From contig CAYUVV010000003.1 of NCBI GenBank assembly GCA_964448295.1, forward strand, positions 9,543 to 73,542: a stretch of 64,000 bases of DNA. The letters run 5' to 3'. The notes beneath the pieces are model-generated. The model was not told where the DNA came from. It did no database searches and saw only the letters and a list, made by a program, of their open reading frames with translations. This DNA comes from an uncultured Candidatus Saccharibacteria bacterium. GTDB taxonomy: Bacteria > Patescibacteriota > Minisyncoccia > Phycocordibacterales > JACOZG01. A program made the position numbers and the translations under genes. Shown here piece by piece: positions 47,853 to 57,022 of the stretch. Numbering within the stretch: position 1 is the stretch's first letter; every line of letters starts with the position of its first letter.

Positions 47853-48067
47853 TTCGTGAAGTAGTCTAATGATTTATTGTAGATTTTTGCTAACTCATCT
47901 AATTCTACCGCATCTATCCGCCGCTCGCCTCGCTCTATCTTGGAAATATACGCCTGCGGTTTCTTTAATTGCTTCCCCGCCTCAATTTGCGTCAAATCTG
48001 CCTCTAGACGAGCTTGGCGGAGACGCTGGATGAGTTTTTGATATTTTGCTCGGTATTTACTCGCCAT
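47849..48067 (-). CDS. XRE-family helix-turn-helix transcriptional regulator
   Basis: LRQARLEADLTQIEAGKQLKKPQAYISKIERGER is the classic XRE HTH. 4-nt overlap with the protease gene. Confidence 0.8.
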   Translation of the reverse strand: MASKYRAKYQKLIQRLRQARLEADLTQIEAGKQLKKPQAYISKIERGERRIDAVELDELAKIYNKSLDYFTK

Positions 48068-48180
48068 AGATATACTAACATGATATAAACGATTGTGGAA
48101 TATACCAAGATGGTTTATTATGTATTAGGGGATGGTAGCGGCGAATCAAAACCAAAAATTTCCTTCGAAGTTTCTATCTG

Positions 48181-48262
48181 TGCGCGGGAGAGGATTTGAA
48201 CCTCCACGACTTGCGTCATACGCCCCTCAAGCGTACGTGTCTACCAGTTCCACCACCCGCGC
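48181..48262 (-). tRNA. tRNA-Leu (GAG)
   Basis: Acceptor stem GCGCGGG/CCCGCGC. Anticodon loop TTGAGGG. Long variable arm. Discriminator A. CCA not encoded. Confidence 0.8.
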
Positions 48263-48289
48263 GAAACGCCCAACAGTATTATAAACGAT

Positions 48290-48688
48290 TTAGAGTGACT
48301 CAGTTTCCTCAGCTGGAGATTCTTCAGACGGCAGCGTGGCGCTAATCATTTGCCGCAATTTGCGCCGAATGGTCTTTTGAGACTTTTCGCGAACGAAATA
48401 GAGCTTGGCGCGGCGCACTCGCCCACGACGCACAATCTCTATTCGATCAATGGCGGGTGAAAACAGCGGAAAAATTCTTTCGATGCCAACCCCGCTTGAA
48501 ATTCGTCGAACGGTAAAGGTGGCGCCTGTTTCCGTTCCGCGTCGACGGGCAATCACCAAGCCCTCAAACGCTTGGAGCCGCGTTTTACCTTTCTCTTCAA
48601 TCTTTTGCCAGACGCGCACGGTGTCACCGGCGCGGAAATCCCAAGCGCGGCGCGCGGCTACCTCAATCGGGCTGAAGCTGATCATCAT
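48290..48688 (-). CDS. rplS: 50S ribosomal protein L19
   Basis: [47 protein letters not shown]...[11 protein letters not shown]. Start trimmed to the ATG at 48688. Confidence 0.85.
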   Translation of the reverse strand: MMISFSPIEVAARRAWDFRAGDTVRVWQKIEEKGKTRLQAFEGLVIARRRGTETGATFTVRRISSGVGIERIFPLFSPAIDRIEIVRRGRVRRAKLYFVREKSQKTIRRKLRQMISATLPSEESPAEETESL

Positions 48689-48698
48689 AATGGGAAAA

Positions 48699-49337
48699 CT
48701 AACATTTCTCTCGCAGAAGAGCAAGAGCGTGGGCAAAGTCTTCTGGTAAGGGGGCCGCCAACCGTGTCGTCTCTCCCCGGCGATTTGGAAAAACCAGTCG
48801 GGCAGCGTGTAAAGCCAGACGACGCATCCCGGGCGCGACGCCTGGCGCGCCGTAAAGTTCGTCTCCGGCAATGGGGTAACCAAACGCCTTGAGATGAACA
48901 CGGATTTGGTGCGTGCGACCAGTTTCCGGCTTAACTTCCAGCAGCGTCAAGCCAGAAAAACGTTCTAACACCCGAAAATGCGTCCGGGCCGAGCGCAAAC
49001 GACCAAAAGCTTTAGCGCTCGCCACTCGCCGGCGCGGATCTTTGGCGCTCCGACCGATCGGCAAATCAATCAGAGCCTCGTCGCGGCGTACCACGCCGCA
49101 CACTAACGCAAGATAAGTTTTTTCTATCCGCCTGGCGCGAAAAAGTTCACGCAGGTATTCTCGAGCCGCAGGATGTTTGGCCGCCAAGATAAGACCGCTT
49201 GTGCCCCGATCCAGACGATGAACCAGGGTGGCTTGTGGCAGACGCGACTGCAATTCCAACACAGAAATACCAGCCGGCTTATCGAGAGCCAACAAGTCGT
49301 TGTCCTCATAAATCACCAATGGTGGCGAAACTTGCAT
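48699..49337 (-). CDS. RluA-family pseudouridine synthase
   Basis: Catalytic-Asp motif [12 protein letters not shown]. No S4 domain. Confidence 0.85.
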   Translation of the reverse strand: MQVSPPLVIYEDNDLLALDKPAGISVLELQSRLPQATLVHRLDRGTSGLILAAKHPAAREYLRELFRARRIEKTYLALVCGVVRRDEALIDLPIGRSAKDPRRRVASAKAFGRLRSARTHFRVLERFSGLTLLEVKPETGRTHQIRVHLKAFGYPIAGDELYGAPGVAPGMRRLALHAARLVFPNRRGETTRLAAPLPEDFAHALALLREKC

Positions 49338-49487
49338 TAACAGTTAGTTTTGCTATACTTATCTTGGGTCGGCTATTATTGGCGTAATATAGCGCAAAAC
49401 TATCATGGAGGACATGAACAAAGAAAAAAAGGAAGGCGAAGAAGAAGGAGAAACCGCTTAGTTCTCACTAGTTTTTAGAACGCCGAA

Positions 49488-49527
49488 CCAGCCCCGTTCG
49501 CCTAACCGCGAATGGGGTTGGTTTTTG
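49488..49527 (+). terminator. plus-strand hairpin plus T-run terminator after an 18-codon micro-ORF
   Basis: CCAGCCCCGTTCGC-CTAACC-GCGAATGGGGTTGG TTTTT, with G.U-tolerant pairing. Confidence 0.45.
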
Positions 49528-49536
49528 TGTCTAGAC

Positions 49537-49568
49537 AAAAAAACCGCCCAAGGTAAACCTCGGGCGGC
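49537..49568 (-). terminator. terminator downstream of the 49592..50284 gene
   Basis: Minus strand CCGCCCGAGG-TTTACC-TTGGGCGG followed by TTTTTTTG. Confidence 0.6.
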
Positions 49569-49591
49569 TATTTAACATTTTTGCGCACACG

Positions 49592-50284
49592 CTAACCGCC
49601 ATCCTTGATCAAGCACTCCTTGGCTAATTCAGCCGCTCGACGAGAATAATGGCCGGCTTCTCCTAGTCGGTTTACCAAGCAACACGCTTTGGAATACTCG
49701 TGGTAAACCAACGCCAGCCGGTTCGGAGGATGTTCTTCGGTTGAGATTAAGCTTACTATATTCCTTGCCTGGCTGAATGTTTCTAGGACAGTGCGGTACC
49801 CAACAACCAGCGCTTCTTGAGCCCACACACGACCACACAAGAGAAGGGCGTGGTTAATATTGTCCTCACCAATATTGTCTTTGATCAAACATAACCGGAT
49901 ACATTTCTCCATTTCTGACCACCGACCACCCAGTCGCAAAACCCGCTGATACACTACGCGTTGCTGGGTTGTCATCTGCGACCCAACGCACTCATAAGCG
50001 CGATCGAACACCGACAAACTCCAACTCCAACAATAAAAGGAGAGGGCGAAGTGCCACCAGGGTCGCCGTTCATCACCCATTTCTACCCACTCTACTACGC
50101 TGACGTACAGACTTGATAGGTCCGACCAGGCGTCGGCCTCGTCTGACGAACAATCTAGACGACGGCAAGATCTAGCCCGCGACAAGCATTCCCTCCTCGT
50201 CCTACAAAACCGGCGAAAAATTTCCGAATCAGACCAAATCCGTGCGAGTAAGCCGAGCTCAAACCGGTCAACATCAGAAAGCAT
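49592..50284 (-). CDS. hypothetical protein, paralog A of a tandem pair
   Basis: Shares FxRxRRECxxxxRxxRRL, a Trp-rich segment and a Cys-containing C-terminal helical region with the neighbouring gene. Confidence 0.5.
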   Translation of the reverse strand: MLSDVDRFELGLLARIWSDSEIFRRFCRTRRECLSRARSCRRLDCSSDEADAWSDLSSLYVSVVEWVEMGDERRPWWHFALSFYCWSWSLSVFDRAYECVGSQMTTQQRVVYQRVLRLGGRWSEMEKCIRLCLIKDNIGEDNINHALLLCGRVWAQEALVVGYRTVLETFSQARNIVSLISTEEHPPNRLALVYHEYSKACCLVNRLGEAGHYSRRAAELAKECLIKDGG

Positions 50285-50426
50285 ATTCGGCTCCTTATGA
50301 GAGAGTAATGTGAGTGTCTCCTATCCAACCATCTTATAACAAAAGACTTATTATCGCGCAAACAAAAAAAAGACCGCCGTGCCCACACAGGTTGCACGGC
50401 GGCCAAAATCGCAATCGCCTTCCAAC

Positions 50427-51143
50427 TCAAAACGCAACAGGCCCAGCTTTAAGTGTTTGGTCCTTGGCGCCAGTTTGTGCAACTAACTCTCTCGCCGTGG
50501 AGAGACAAATCTCGGCCTGTTGTGGAAAACCGAGTTTTCGTAAAACATCAGCGCACCCACGGTAAATCCTAATGACTGGATTCAGTTCTTCATTGGTCTG
50601 CGCATTTCGTTTCGCTTGATTGGCGCTAGTCAAGGCCTGTTCGATTGCCACCTCCGCACCGTCAAATGCGCCACGTCGGAAAAGAACGTCAGCCCGTCCG
50701 ACTTGAAACGAACCACGAATATGCGCCTCCCCGAGGTGTTTCCCCAAGGCTACATTAATGCACTCCTCGGCCTCGATCCACTTTCCACATTTACGACAAA
50801 TACCTTGATGGACATTGAGCTGATTGACCGTTGCCCCCACGAACCCCCCCGAGAGCTTAATTCCTCGACTAGAAATTGGATACATGCGCCAGTAACAGTA
50901 GGTGCCAAGCAATAGCCAGTGAAAAAAATACACCGATTTAAGCTGGGCGCGAGCCGTTTCTACGATCGTGTAGTAGGCGCTCGACAGCGCTGAATACCCG
51001 GCCGACTCCAACAACCTATCGCCTAATCGGCGAGCTGCGCGAACTTGCGCACCACACTCTCGCCTCTCCCGCAAAAATAGGTCGATCTTGTCCCGCCACG
51101 TCGTCGTGTTCCAACTTTGACAAGTGGAATTTTTTGTCGACAT
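50427..51143 (-). CDS. hypothetical protein, paralog B of a tandem pair
   Basis: FLRERRECGAQVRAARRLG and FFHWLLLGTYCYWRMY compare with paralog A FCRTRRECLSRARSCRRLD and WHFALSFYCWSWS. Confidence 0.5.
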   Translation of the reverse strand: MSTKNSTCQSWNTTTWRDKIDLFLRERRECGAQVRAARRLGDRLLESAGYSALSSAYYTIVETARAQLKSVYFFHWLLLGTYCYWRMYPISSRGIKLSGGFVGATVNQLNVHQGICRKCGKWIEAEECINVALGKHLGEAHIRGSFQVGRADVLFRRGAFDGAEVAIEQALTSANQAKRNAQTNEELNPVIRIYRGCADVLRKLGFPQQAEICLSTARELVAQTGAKDQTLKAGPVAF

Positions 51144-51251
51144 TATTCATTCTCCTCAAAAGGTGTGAAGTGAATGTCCAATCTACCGTGGTTTAATAGC
51201 ACAAAATATGTTTTTGCGCAAGACAAGACTACTCACCAAGAATTTATCGTG

Positions 51252-51324
51252 TGGACGGTGCAGGAGTCGAACCTGCGGCCTTCCGCGTGTAAAGCGGATG
51301 CTCTACCAGCTGAGCTAACCGTCC
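51252..51324 (-). tRNA. tRNA-Val (TAC)
   Basis: GGACGGT acceptor stem. Anticodon loop TTTACAC. 73 nt. CCA not encoded. Confidence 0.85.
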
Positions 51325-51355
51325 AATTTTATTCTCTATCTAATCACCACCGTGA

Positions 51356-51427
51356 TGCCTCCGGCAGGAATCGAACCTACATTAAGGGCTTAGAAGACCC
51401 TTGTTCTATCCATTGAACTACGGAGGC
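51356..51427 (-). tRNA. tRNA-Arg (TCT)
   Basis: GCCTCCG acceptor stem. Anticodon loop CTTCTAA. 4-nt variable loop. CCA not encoded. Confidence 0.8.
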
Positions 51428-51440
51428 CGATGAGAAAACT

Positions 51441-51788
51441 CTATAATCCCGCCCGCCCTGGGTCAATCACCGGAGGTGGTGTCTTCTGCCAACGAGCAAA
51501 GCGCTCGGACTGCGCCCGCAAATCAGCTACGGCTTGTTTGATAATTTCGGCCCGTTGATTAACCGACGAATTCGTATTGATGACCTCGCTCGTCGCACTG
51601 CCGGTAACCAACGCACTCATATATCGCAAACCAAGGTACGTTGCGAGCAAACTGCCGAGCAAAATAAAACCAAACACTACGAGCAGGCGTTGCCAATCGC
51701 CCCAAGGATCTAAAGAAAACTTGCCGGTTCGTTTATTCTTCATCGTTTGCATAATAAAGCGACCAAGAATTCTCAACCGCCGGATCAA
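51441..51788 (-). CDS. hypothetical single-pass membrane protein (pilus-locus accessory candidate)
   Basis: One TM helix (LLVVFGFILLGSLLATYLGL). Position directly downstream of pilM-N-O. Start uncertain. Confidence 0.35.
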   Translation of the reverse strand: MIRRLRILGRFIMQTMKNKRTGKFSLDPWGDWQRLLVVFGFILLGSLLATYLGLRYMSALVTGSATSEVINTNSSVNQRAEIIKQAVADLRAQSERFARWQKTPPPVIDPGRAGL

Positions 51789-52299
51789 AACTGATAACGA
51801 CGATGGCCAAATCGCTAGTCCAAAAATCTGGCCGATCTTCCGCTAGCGCAATCCGCTCAAAACGCAGAACCAGCGGCGCGTTCGCCAACAATTCGGCAAA
51901 CCGCACGATCGACGAGTAGCGCCCTCGAACTTTCAGGATCAAGTTGAGATCACCCGCCGTTGGCGTTTCCTCAAATGAGGAAAATTCTAGATCGACGCCG
52001 CTCGTCCGCGACAATTCTTCAATCCCTTCGATCAGGTTGGGTAAAGACTCTTGATTAATTAGGTGGCGATCGAACAAACGGGCTTCGGCAGAAACGGCGG
52101 CGTGCATTTCAGCGATGGCTTGTGCGTTGGCGGCTCGTTCAGCCGCCTCGCGGCGTGCTCGATATTCTCCCGAGAGGGCCGAGAGCTCGGCCCTGATCAT
52201 CATCGCCGCCGCGCCCGTGGCCACCCCGCCCAACAGATTCAACACCACCACAACAACGAGACCGCGGCCAAACTTGAATCGCAAATTATTGTTCGGCAT
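51733..52299 (-). CDS. pilO: PilO-like pilus assembly protein
   Basis: N-terminal TM helix, coiled coil, then LNLILKVRGRYSSIVRFAELL, which is PilO-like. Confidence 0.55.
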   Translation of the reverse strand: MPNNNLRFKFGRGLVVVVVLNLLGGVATGAAAMMIRAELSALSGEYRARREAAERAANAQAIAEMHAAVSAEARLFDRHLINQESLPNLIEGIEELSRTSGVDLEFSSFEETPTAGDLNLILKVRGRYSSIVRFAELLANAPLVLRFERIALAEDRPDFWTSDLAIVVISFDPAVENSWSLYYANDEE

Positions 52300-52864
52300 A
52301 GCCCTCGTCGGCCGGCGCGGCGCCGGCCTTAATAATCAAAGCCAGAGAAAAATCAAGATCTCGGTCTTTGATCAAATTGCTAATCGGCGATTCGACGGAA
52401 TCAAAATAATTCTCGGCCTCCAGTCGGTCAACGAAATCTAGTAGGTCGGCCCGGCTTGTGGCACGACCACGCATCGCGAGCCGGGCGCCGCCCGCCGCTT
52501 CGGCCTCCCAATCTAGGTGGCTAACGACCACCGCCGACGGTTTCAAACGACTAATCCGCGCGAGCACCGCCCAAGCGGCGGTCGGCGGCGGCGAGCTCGC
52601 TTGTAATTGCTTCGCGCGCGTTTCCCACGCGACGAGCTCGGCCAACCTTTGAGTCGTGGCGGCATCATCCGCCGGCGACAAATGTGGCAATTCCGAAAAC
52701 GACAAGCGCCAATTATGCCAACGCACAAACAGCCAAAAAGATGCGAGGATGATGAGCATCATTATTCCCACGGCGAACAACAGAGAAGCACCAAACACAA
52801 ACAAACGTCGGCGATAATCACCACGGAGACGGCGGACGTCCTCTTTAAGCATTAAGTTAACCAT
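52286..52864 (-). CDS. pilN: PilN-like pilus assembly protein
   Basis: Single TM helix then a periplasmic domain. Start at the ATG at 52864 overlapping the pilM stop. The ORF track begins at a non-ATG codon. Confidence 0.5.
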   Translation of the reverse strand: MVNLMLKEDVRRLRGDYRRRLFVFGASLLFAVGIMMLIILASFWLFVRWHNWRLSFSELPHLSPADDAATTQRLAELVAWETRAKQLQASSPPPTAAWAVLARISRLKPSAVVVSHLDWEAEAAGGARLAMRGRATSRADLLDFVDRLEAENYFDSVESPISNLIKDRDLDFSLALIIKAGAAPADEGYAEQ

Positions 52865-53966
52865 GAGCGGATCGCTGGCGCGGGACGCGGCGCAGGGCCA
52901 AGCCAATGGCTGTAGCGTAGCGTAATGATTGATTGCGAGTTAAGGGTGGGACCTTCGACCGGCCAACCTCAAATAGATTGCGCCAAACATCGCCCAGCGT
53001 CACCGGTACCCCCAAACTCAAACCCAAATACTCCGCCAAGCCAGGCAAACTGGACTGCCCGCCGCAAACGAGCACGCGCTCAATCGGCCGACCAATGGTT
53101 CGACCCAAATTTTCATTCCAGTATTTAAACTGCTTGGCAATCTCATCGCGCAATACCGACACCAGCGGCAACAGGGCGGAAAAAAGCTCTTTGTCTTTTC
53201 TGGCCCGAAGTATTCCGCGCTCGATTTTAATCCGTTCCGCTTCCGCCTCATCCACGTTCAGATTTTTCTTAAGCGAGGCCGACAAATCTTGACCGCCAAT
53301 GTTGTTAAAAGTAGAAGTGTATTGCACAACCCCGCCAAACAAAACAGAAAAACTAGTGCGCGTTTTACCAAAATCAACGAGCAAGGTGGTGCAAGCGTCG
53401 TCGTCGGGCACAAGCGCCCGAGCGATAGCTTGGGTTTCAATCTCCAGCGCCAACAAATAAAGCCCGGCTTCGGCGAGCGCAGCGGAATATGCGGCCACAG
53501 TATCTCGCGGCAGAACGGAAACCGCCACCGTGTATTCCGGGCGTTCGGTCGTCGGCGCCGACACCACGTCATAGTCAAACACCACCTTATCTACCGGCAA
53601 CGGCACATGCTCTTCCAGTTGCAACTCGATACTACCGTAAATATCGCGAGCGGCGAGGACCGGCAACTCGAGCCGCACAATATAAGCCTCCTCCTCGGGC
53701 AAAGAGGCCACTACGTAATCCAAATGATGCGTCACGCGCAACTCGGCCAAAGCGCGCGCGAGAGCGGCCGGAGACTTAACCTCGCCGGCCTCGATAATTC
53801 CGAGGTCAAGCGGGTGTTCACCGTAACGCGCGAGATCCAAACGGCCGCGGCGTGGTGCGATCTCCGCAAATTTAATTGATTGGTCGGAAATGTCGAGCCC
53901 AACGGCCGGCATCAATAAATATTTAGGCGGCGGAAAGAGGCGAAAAAAAATTCCCGGCTTAATCAC
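52857..53966 (-). CDS. pilM: type IV pilus assembly protein PilM (actin-like ATPase fold)
   Basis: VGLDISDQSIKFAEI ... VDFGKTRTSFSVLFGGVVQYTSTFNNIGGQDL ... IKIERG. Confidence 0.8.
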   Translation of the reverse strand: MIKPGIFFRLFPPPKYLLMPAVGLDISDQSIKFAEIAPRRGRLDLARYGEHPLDLGIIEAGEVKSPAALARALAELRVTHHLDYVVASLPEEEAYIVRLELPVLAARDIYGSIELQLEEHVPLPVDKVVFDYDVVSAPTTERPEYTVAVSVLPRDTVAAYSAALAEAGLYLLALEIETQAIARALVPDDDACTTLLVDFGKTRTSFSVLFGGVVQYTSTFNNIGGQDLSASLKKNLNVDEAEAERIKIERGILRARKDKELFSALLPLVSVLRDEIAKQFKYWNENLGRTIGRPIERVLVCGGQSSLPGLAEYLGLSLGVPVTLGDVWRNLFEVGRSKVPPLTRNQSLRYATAIGLALRRVPRQRSAHG

Positions 53967-53995
53967 TCTTTAATTATAACCCGAAACAGAACAAT

Positions 53996-54973
53996 CTAGT
54001 GAAACATGATCCACAACAAAATGAGCACGCCCAGCCCCAAGGCCAAAAAATTGAAACGTCGAATCAGCCAAGGAGCCAGCACCGGCCCCAGCCAACGTCC
54101 GGCGGCCGCGACCAAAAAAAATCGCGCGCCGCGACCCAGCGCATAAGCCAGACTGAAAACACCAAAGTTAATTTGAAAGAGACCCGCGGCCAAATTAAAA
54201 ATCTTATCGGGGATTGGGGTAAACGAAGCCACGAGGGTGGCGATGAAGGCATTGGACGTAAGCCATCCAGCCGCAACCTGCATCTGCGATTCCCAGCCAT
54301 ACAACGCCACCAGCGGCGCGCCCAACCAGTCGAAAGCCCACCACCCCACAAGATAGCTAAACCAACCGCCGACAAGCGAACCAAGGGTAGTAACAAGAGC
54401 CAAACGCCACCAACGTCGCGGCTCACGATAGGCCATCGGCAACAAGGCCACATCCGGCGGGATGGGGAAAAACCACGCTTCAGCGAAAGCAATTACGCCG
54501 AGCCACGCGAGACCGCGGCGCCCGCCAGTTTGACGGATCATCCACTCGCGCCAAGCGCCGTGGCGCGCCGGTGGAAAGGGATCGTGACGTTCTTGTCGAT
54601 CAAGAAAACTGCGCAGGATGATCGCCGCCGCTCGATCGTCAATCACCCCCCTTTCCCGCTCGCCCGCGGGTGAACGAGCGGCTTCCGACGTCGTCAACCA
54701 TTCCGATTCCCAATGCACTTCAAGTCCGCTAGCTCGCAAGTCCCGCGCAAAGACCTCGGCCGCGGCGGCTATCGGGTTATCCTCACCGCGATAATCAACC
54801 GAGCGACCGATCACTACCGCGCCAACTCCCCGCTCGCGGGCCAAGCGCGCCACGCGCGCGGCCAAATCGGCGCCGTTCGGCCAAATGGCGAACGGCGCGG
54901 GAAAGCGACCTGACTCGTCGGTGAGCGCCAAACCAACTTTTTTCTTACCATAATCCAAACCCAGCCAACGCAT
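53996..54973 (-). CDS. ruvX: RuvX/YqgF nuclease fused to a DedA/YqaA-type (VTT-domain) membrane module
   Basis: N-terminal 140 aa reads MRWLGLDYGKKKVGLALTDESG...AAAIILRSFLD, which is the YqgF fold. C-terminal 180 aa has 4-5 TM helices with the FFPIPPD...LYGWES...FIATLVASFTPIPDKIF pattern of DedA/YqaA. Confidence 0.65.
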   Translation of the reverse strand: MRWLGLDYGKKKVGLALTDESGRFPAPFAIWPNGADLAARVARLARERGVGAVVIGRSVDYRGEDNPIAAAAEVFARDLRASGLEVHWESEWLTTSEAARSPAGERERGVIDDRAAAIILRSFLDRQERHDPFPPARHGAWREWMIRQTGGRRGLAWLGVIAFAEAWFFPIPPDVALLPMAYREPRRWWRLALVTTLGSLVGGWFSYLVGWWAFDWLGAPLVALYGWESQMQVAAGWLTSNAFIATLVASFTPIPDKIFNLAAGLFQINFGVFSLAYALGRGARFFLVAAAGRWLGPVLAPWLIRRFNFLALGLGVLILLWIMFH

Positions 54974-55133
54974 AGCGCCATAATAACAGACGCAAGTTGC
55001 CAGACAACAATTCTGGCACTAAACTAAGGACGCAATTTCGGTTGGTCATTGTGGTGGAAGACCTTGCTCTGAGGTGCGCGACACAGCGAGATAAATTAGA
55101 AATTTGCTATCTCTGCGACCTGGGGAAAAAGAG

Positions 55134-55220
55134 GGAGGAGTGCCAGAGTGGTTGAATGGGACGGTCTTGAAAACCGTTATACTCGAAAGGGTATCGTGAG
55201 TTCGAATCTCACCTCCTCCG
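55134..55220 (+). tRNA. tRNA-Ser (TGA)
   Basis: GGAGGAG acceptor stem. Anticodon loop CTTGAAA. Long variable arm. Discriminator G. 87 nt. CCA not encoded. Confidence 0.85.
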
Positions 55221-55232
55221 TTTCGAAAATTT

Positions 55233-55850
55233 ATGAAAAAACGAGCCGCCAATCTCAAATACTATTTTTTGCGAGACATTAATCCTGTCATTCGCTTTCT
55301 CGTCATTTCTGACACGGTTTTCATGGGCGCGGCGGGATTACTCGGGCCCATATTCGCCTTGTTCGTCACCGACTTCATCCGCGGCGGCGACGAGGCTGTG
55401 GCCGGCCTCGCGGCCGGTATTTACTTGTTCACCAAAAGCGTTTTCCAAATTCCGATCGCTCACTGGATAGATCGCGTCCGCGGCGAACGCGATGACTTTT
55501 GGCTACTCTTCGGCTTTACAGTCGTCATCGGCCTAACTCCTCTACTCTATCTAGTGATTAACACGCCAGCCCAACTCTATCTTGTGCAATTCCTCATCGG
55601 TCTATGCACGGCTTTTACCTTTCCCACTTACATGGCAATATTCACCCGTCATATTGATAAAGAGAAAGAGGGTACGGAATGGGGCGTCTACTTCACCTTA
55701 ACCGACCTCACAGGCGCAGCTATGGCCGCACTCGGCGGCTACATCGCGGCAGTGAGCGGCTTTCGCCCGCTGATCTGGGCGGTTGTTTTTATTTCCTTGA
55801 TTGGTTCCATTTTGTTGTGGCCAATCAAATCTTATCTTAAAAAACGTTAG
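55233..55850 (+). CDS. 6-TM MFS-like half-transporter
   Basis: Six hydrophobic helices. MFS motif-A-like HWIDRVRGERDD. Confidence 0.45.
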   Translation: MKKRAANLKYYFLRDINPVIRFLVISDTVFMGAAGLLGPIFALFVTDFIRGGDEAVAGLAAGIYLFTKSVFQIPIAHWIDRVRGERDDFWLLFGFTVVIGLTPLLYLVINTPAQLYLVQFLIGLCTAFTFPTYMAIFTRHIDKEKEGTEWGVYFTLTDLTGAAMAALGGYIAAVSGFRPLIWAVVFISLIGSILLWPIKSYLKKR

Positions 55851-55855
55851 CCATT

Positions 55856-56539
55856 ATGCAAGCCGTGATACTCGCCGCCGGTGAAGGCAAGCGTCTTAGA
55901 CCGCTCACCCTCGAGCGACCCAAACCTCTCGTCCGGCTTGCCGGCAGACCACTTCTTGATCACATCGCCGCCGCTTTGCCGGTAGCAATCAATGAACTAA
56001 TTATCGTCGTGGGCTACCGCGGAGAGCAAATCATCGAACACTGCGGCAAAAATTATTTTGGCCGACCGGTGCGCTACTGCCGCCAAAAGGAGCTGGGCGG
56101 TAACGCGCTCGCCTTGCGCCTAGCCGCCCCCCTTCTCCATCAACGCTTTCTCGTACTGTTCGCCGACGACCTTGTAGACAAGCCGAGTATCGAAAACGCC
56201 CTCCGCCACGAACTCGCAGTGCTCGTCAGCGAGCACTGCCAGCCACAAAATTTCGGCGTCGTCGTTACTAATCCCGACGACACGGTTGTCAATATCTTGG
56301 AGAAACCAAGTGAACCGCCATCAAACACTGTCTTGACCAGCGTCTCGATTTTAACGAAGGAAATTTTTGAGCATATCAGTCCGGGTCAACCGGGGGCCGA
56401 GAGTTACCTCTCGCACGCTATCGCCCGTTTGGCCCAAACAAGGCCGGTGCACGCAAGCCCCATGCGTGGCTGGCACCCCATTGGCCGGCCAGAAGATATT
56501 GAACAGTTGGAAAAAATTTGGGCCGGGCCATTGCCGTAG
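55856..56539 (+). CDS. sugar-phosphate nucleotidyltransferase (NTP_transferase family)
   Basis: MQAVILAAGEGKRLRPLTLERPKPLV is the G-x-G-x-R-L signature. Confidence 0.75.
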   Translation: MQAVILAAGEGKRLRPLTLERPKPLVRLAGRPLLDHIAAALPVAINELIIVVGYRGEQIIEHCGKNYFGRPVRYCRQKELGGNALALRLAAPLLHQRFLVLFADDLVDKPSIENALRHELAVLVSEHCQPQNFGVVVTNPDDTVVNILEKPSEPPSNTVLTSVSILTKEIFEHISPGQPGAESYLSHAIARLAQTRPVHASPMRGWHPIGRPEDIEQLEKIWAGPLP

Positions 56540-56540
56540 G

Positions 56541-56569
56541 TTGACACCACACCATCGGCAAGTTAGCAT
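56541..56569 (+). promoter_or_regulatory. candidate sigma-70 promoter for the RRM-protein gene
   Basis: TTGACA, 17-nt spacer, TAGCAT, about 85 nt upstream of the ATG at 56654. Confidence 0.35.
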
Positions 56570-56653
56570 AGTCTGGTAAGCATCTTATCAGTAAAAAGCA
56601 ATAAGATTTGGTCGGCTTACGGATTACGGAGTTAAAAAGTTATCGCAAATTAA

Positions 56654-56941
56654 ATGGCCAAGAAGTTGTATGTCGGTGGTCTGTCGTACAGCACCACCCA
56701 AGATGGTCTGCGCGAGGCCTTCGCTAAGGCCGGAGCCGTCCAATCGGCCGCAGTCATCACCGACAAAATCACCGGTCGTTCACGCGGTTTCGGCTTTGTG
56801 GAAATGACGGATGATGCCGAAGCAGAAAAAGCGATCGAGATGTGGAATGGCAAGGAGCTCGACGGACGACGCCTCGTCGTCAACGAAGCTCGCCCTCTCG
56901 AGAACGACGCGCGGCGCGGCGGTTTTAGCCGACCAAACTAG
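56654..56941 (+). CDS. RRM-domain RNA-binding protein
   Basis: RNP-2 KLYVGGL and RNP-1 RGFGFVEM. Gly/Arg tail. Confidence 0.85.
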   Translation: MAKKLYVGGLSYSTTQDGLREAFAKAGAVQSAAVITDKITGRSRGFGFVEMTDDAEAEKAIEMWNGKELDGRRLVVNEARPLENDARRGGFSRPN

Positions 56942-57022
56942 CGTCCAAGCGAGGTGGAAAGACGAGCCAGAGCCCCCAAGTGGCTCTGGCTTTTCGTTTG
57001 CTGGGTGGTTAGAATTAACGCA

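Larger units (their letters stand above)
46000..48180. mobile_element. AT-rich foreign island abutting the 3' end of tRNA-Leu
   Basis: Sharp GC drop relative to the flanks. Three overlapping genes of unknown system. No integrase in the island. Confidence 0.45.

Noticed and set aside
55046-55258. 70-aa minus-strand ORF containing GGGEIRTHDTL
   Set aside because: It is the antisense translation of tRNA-Ser (55134..55220). The RTHD-type peptide is a well-known tRNA-antisense artefact.
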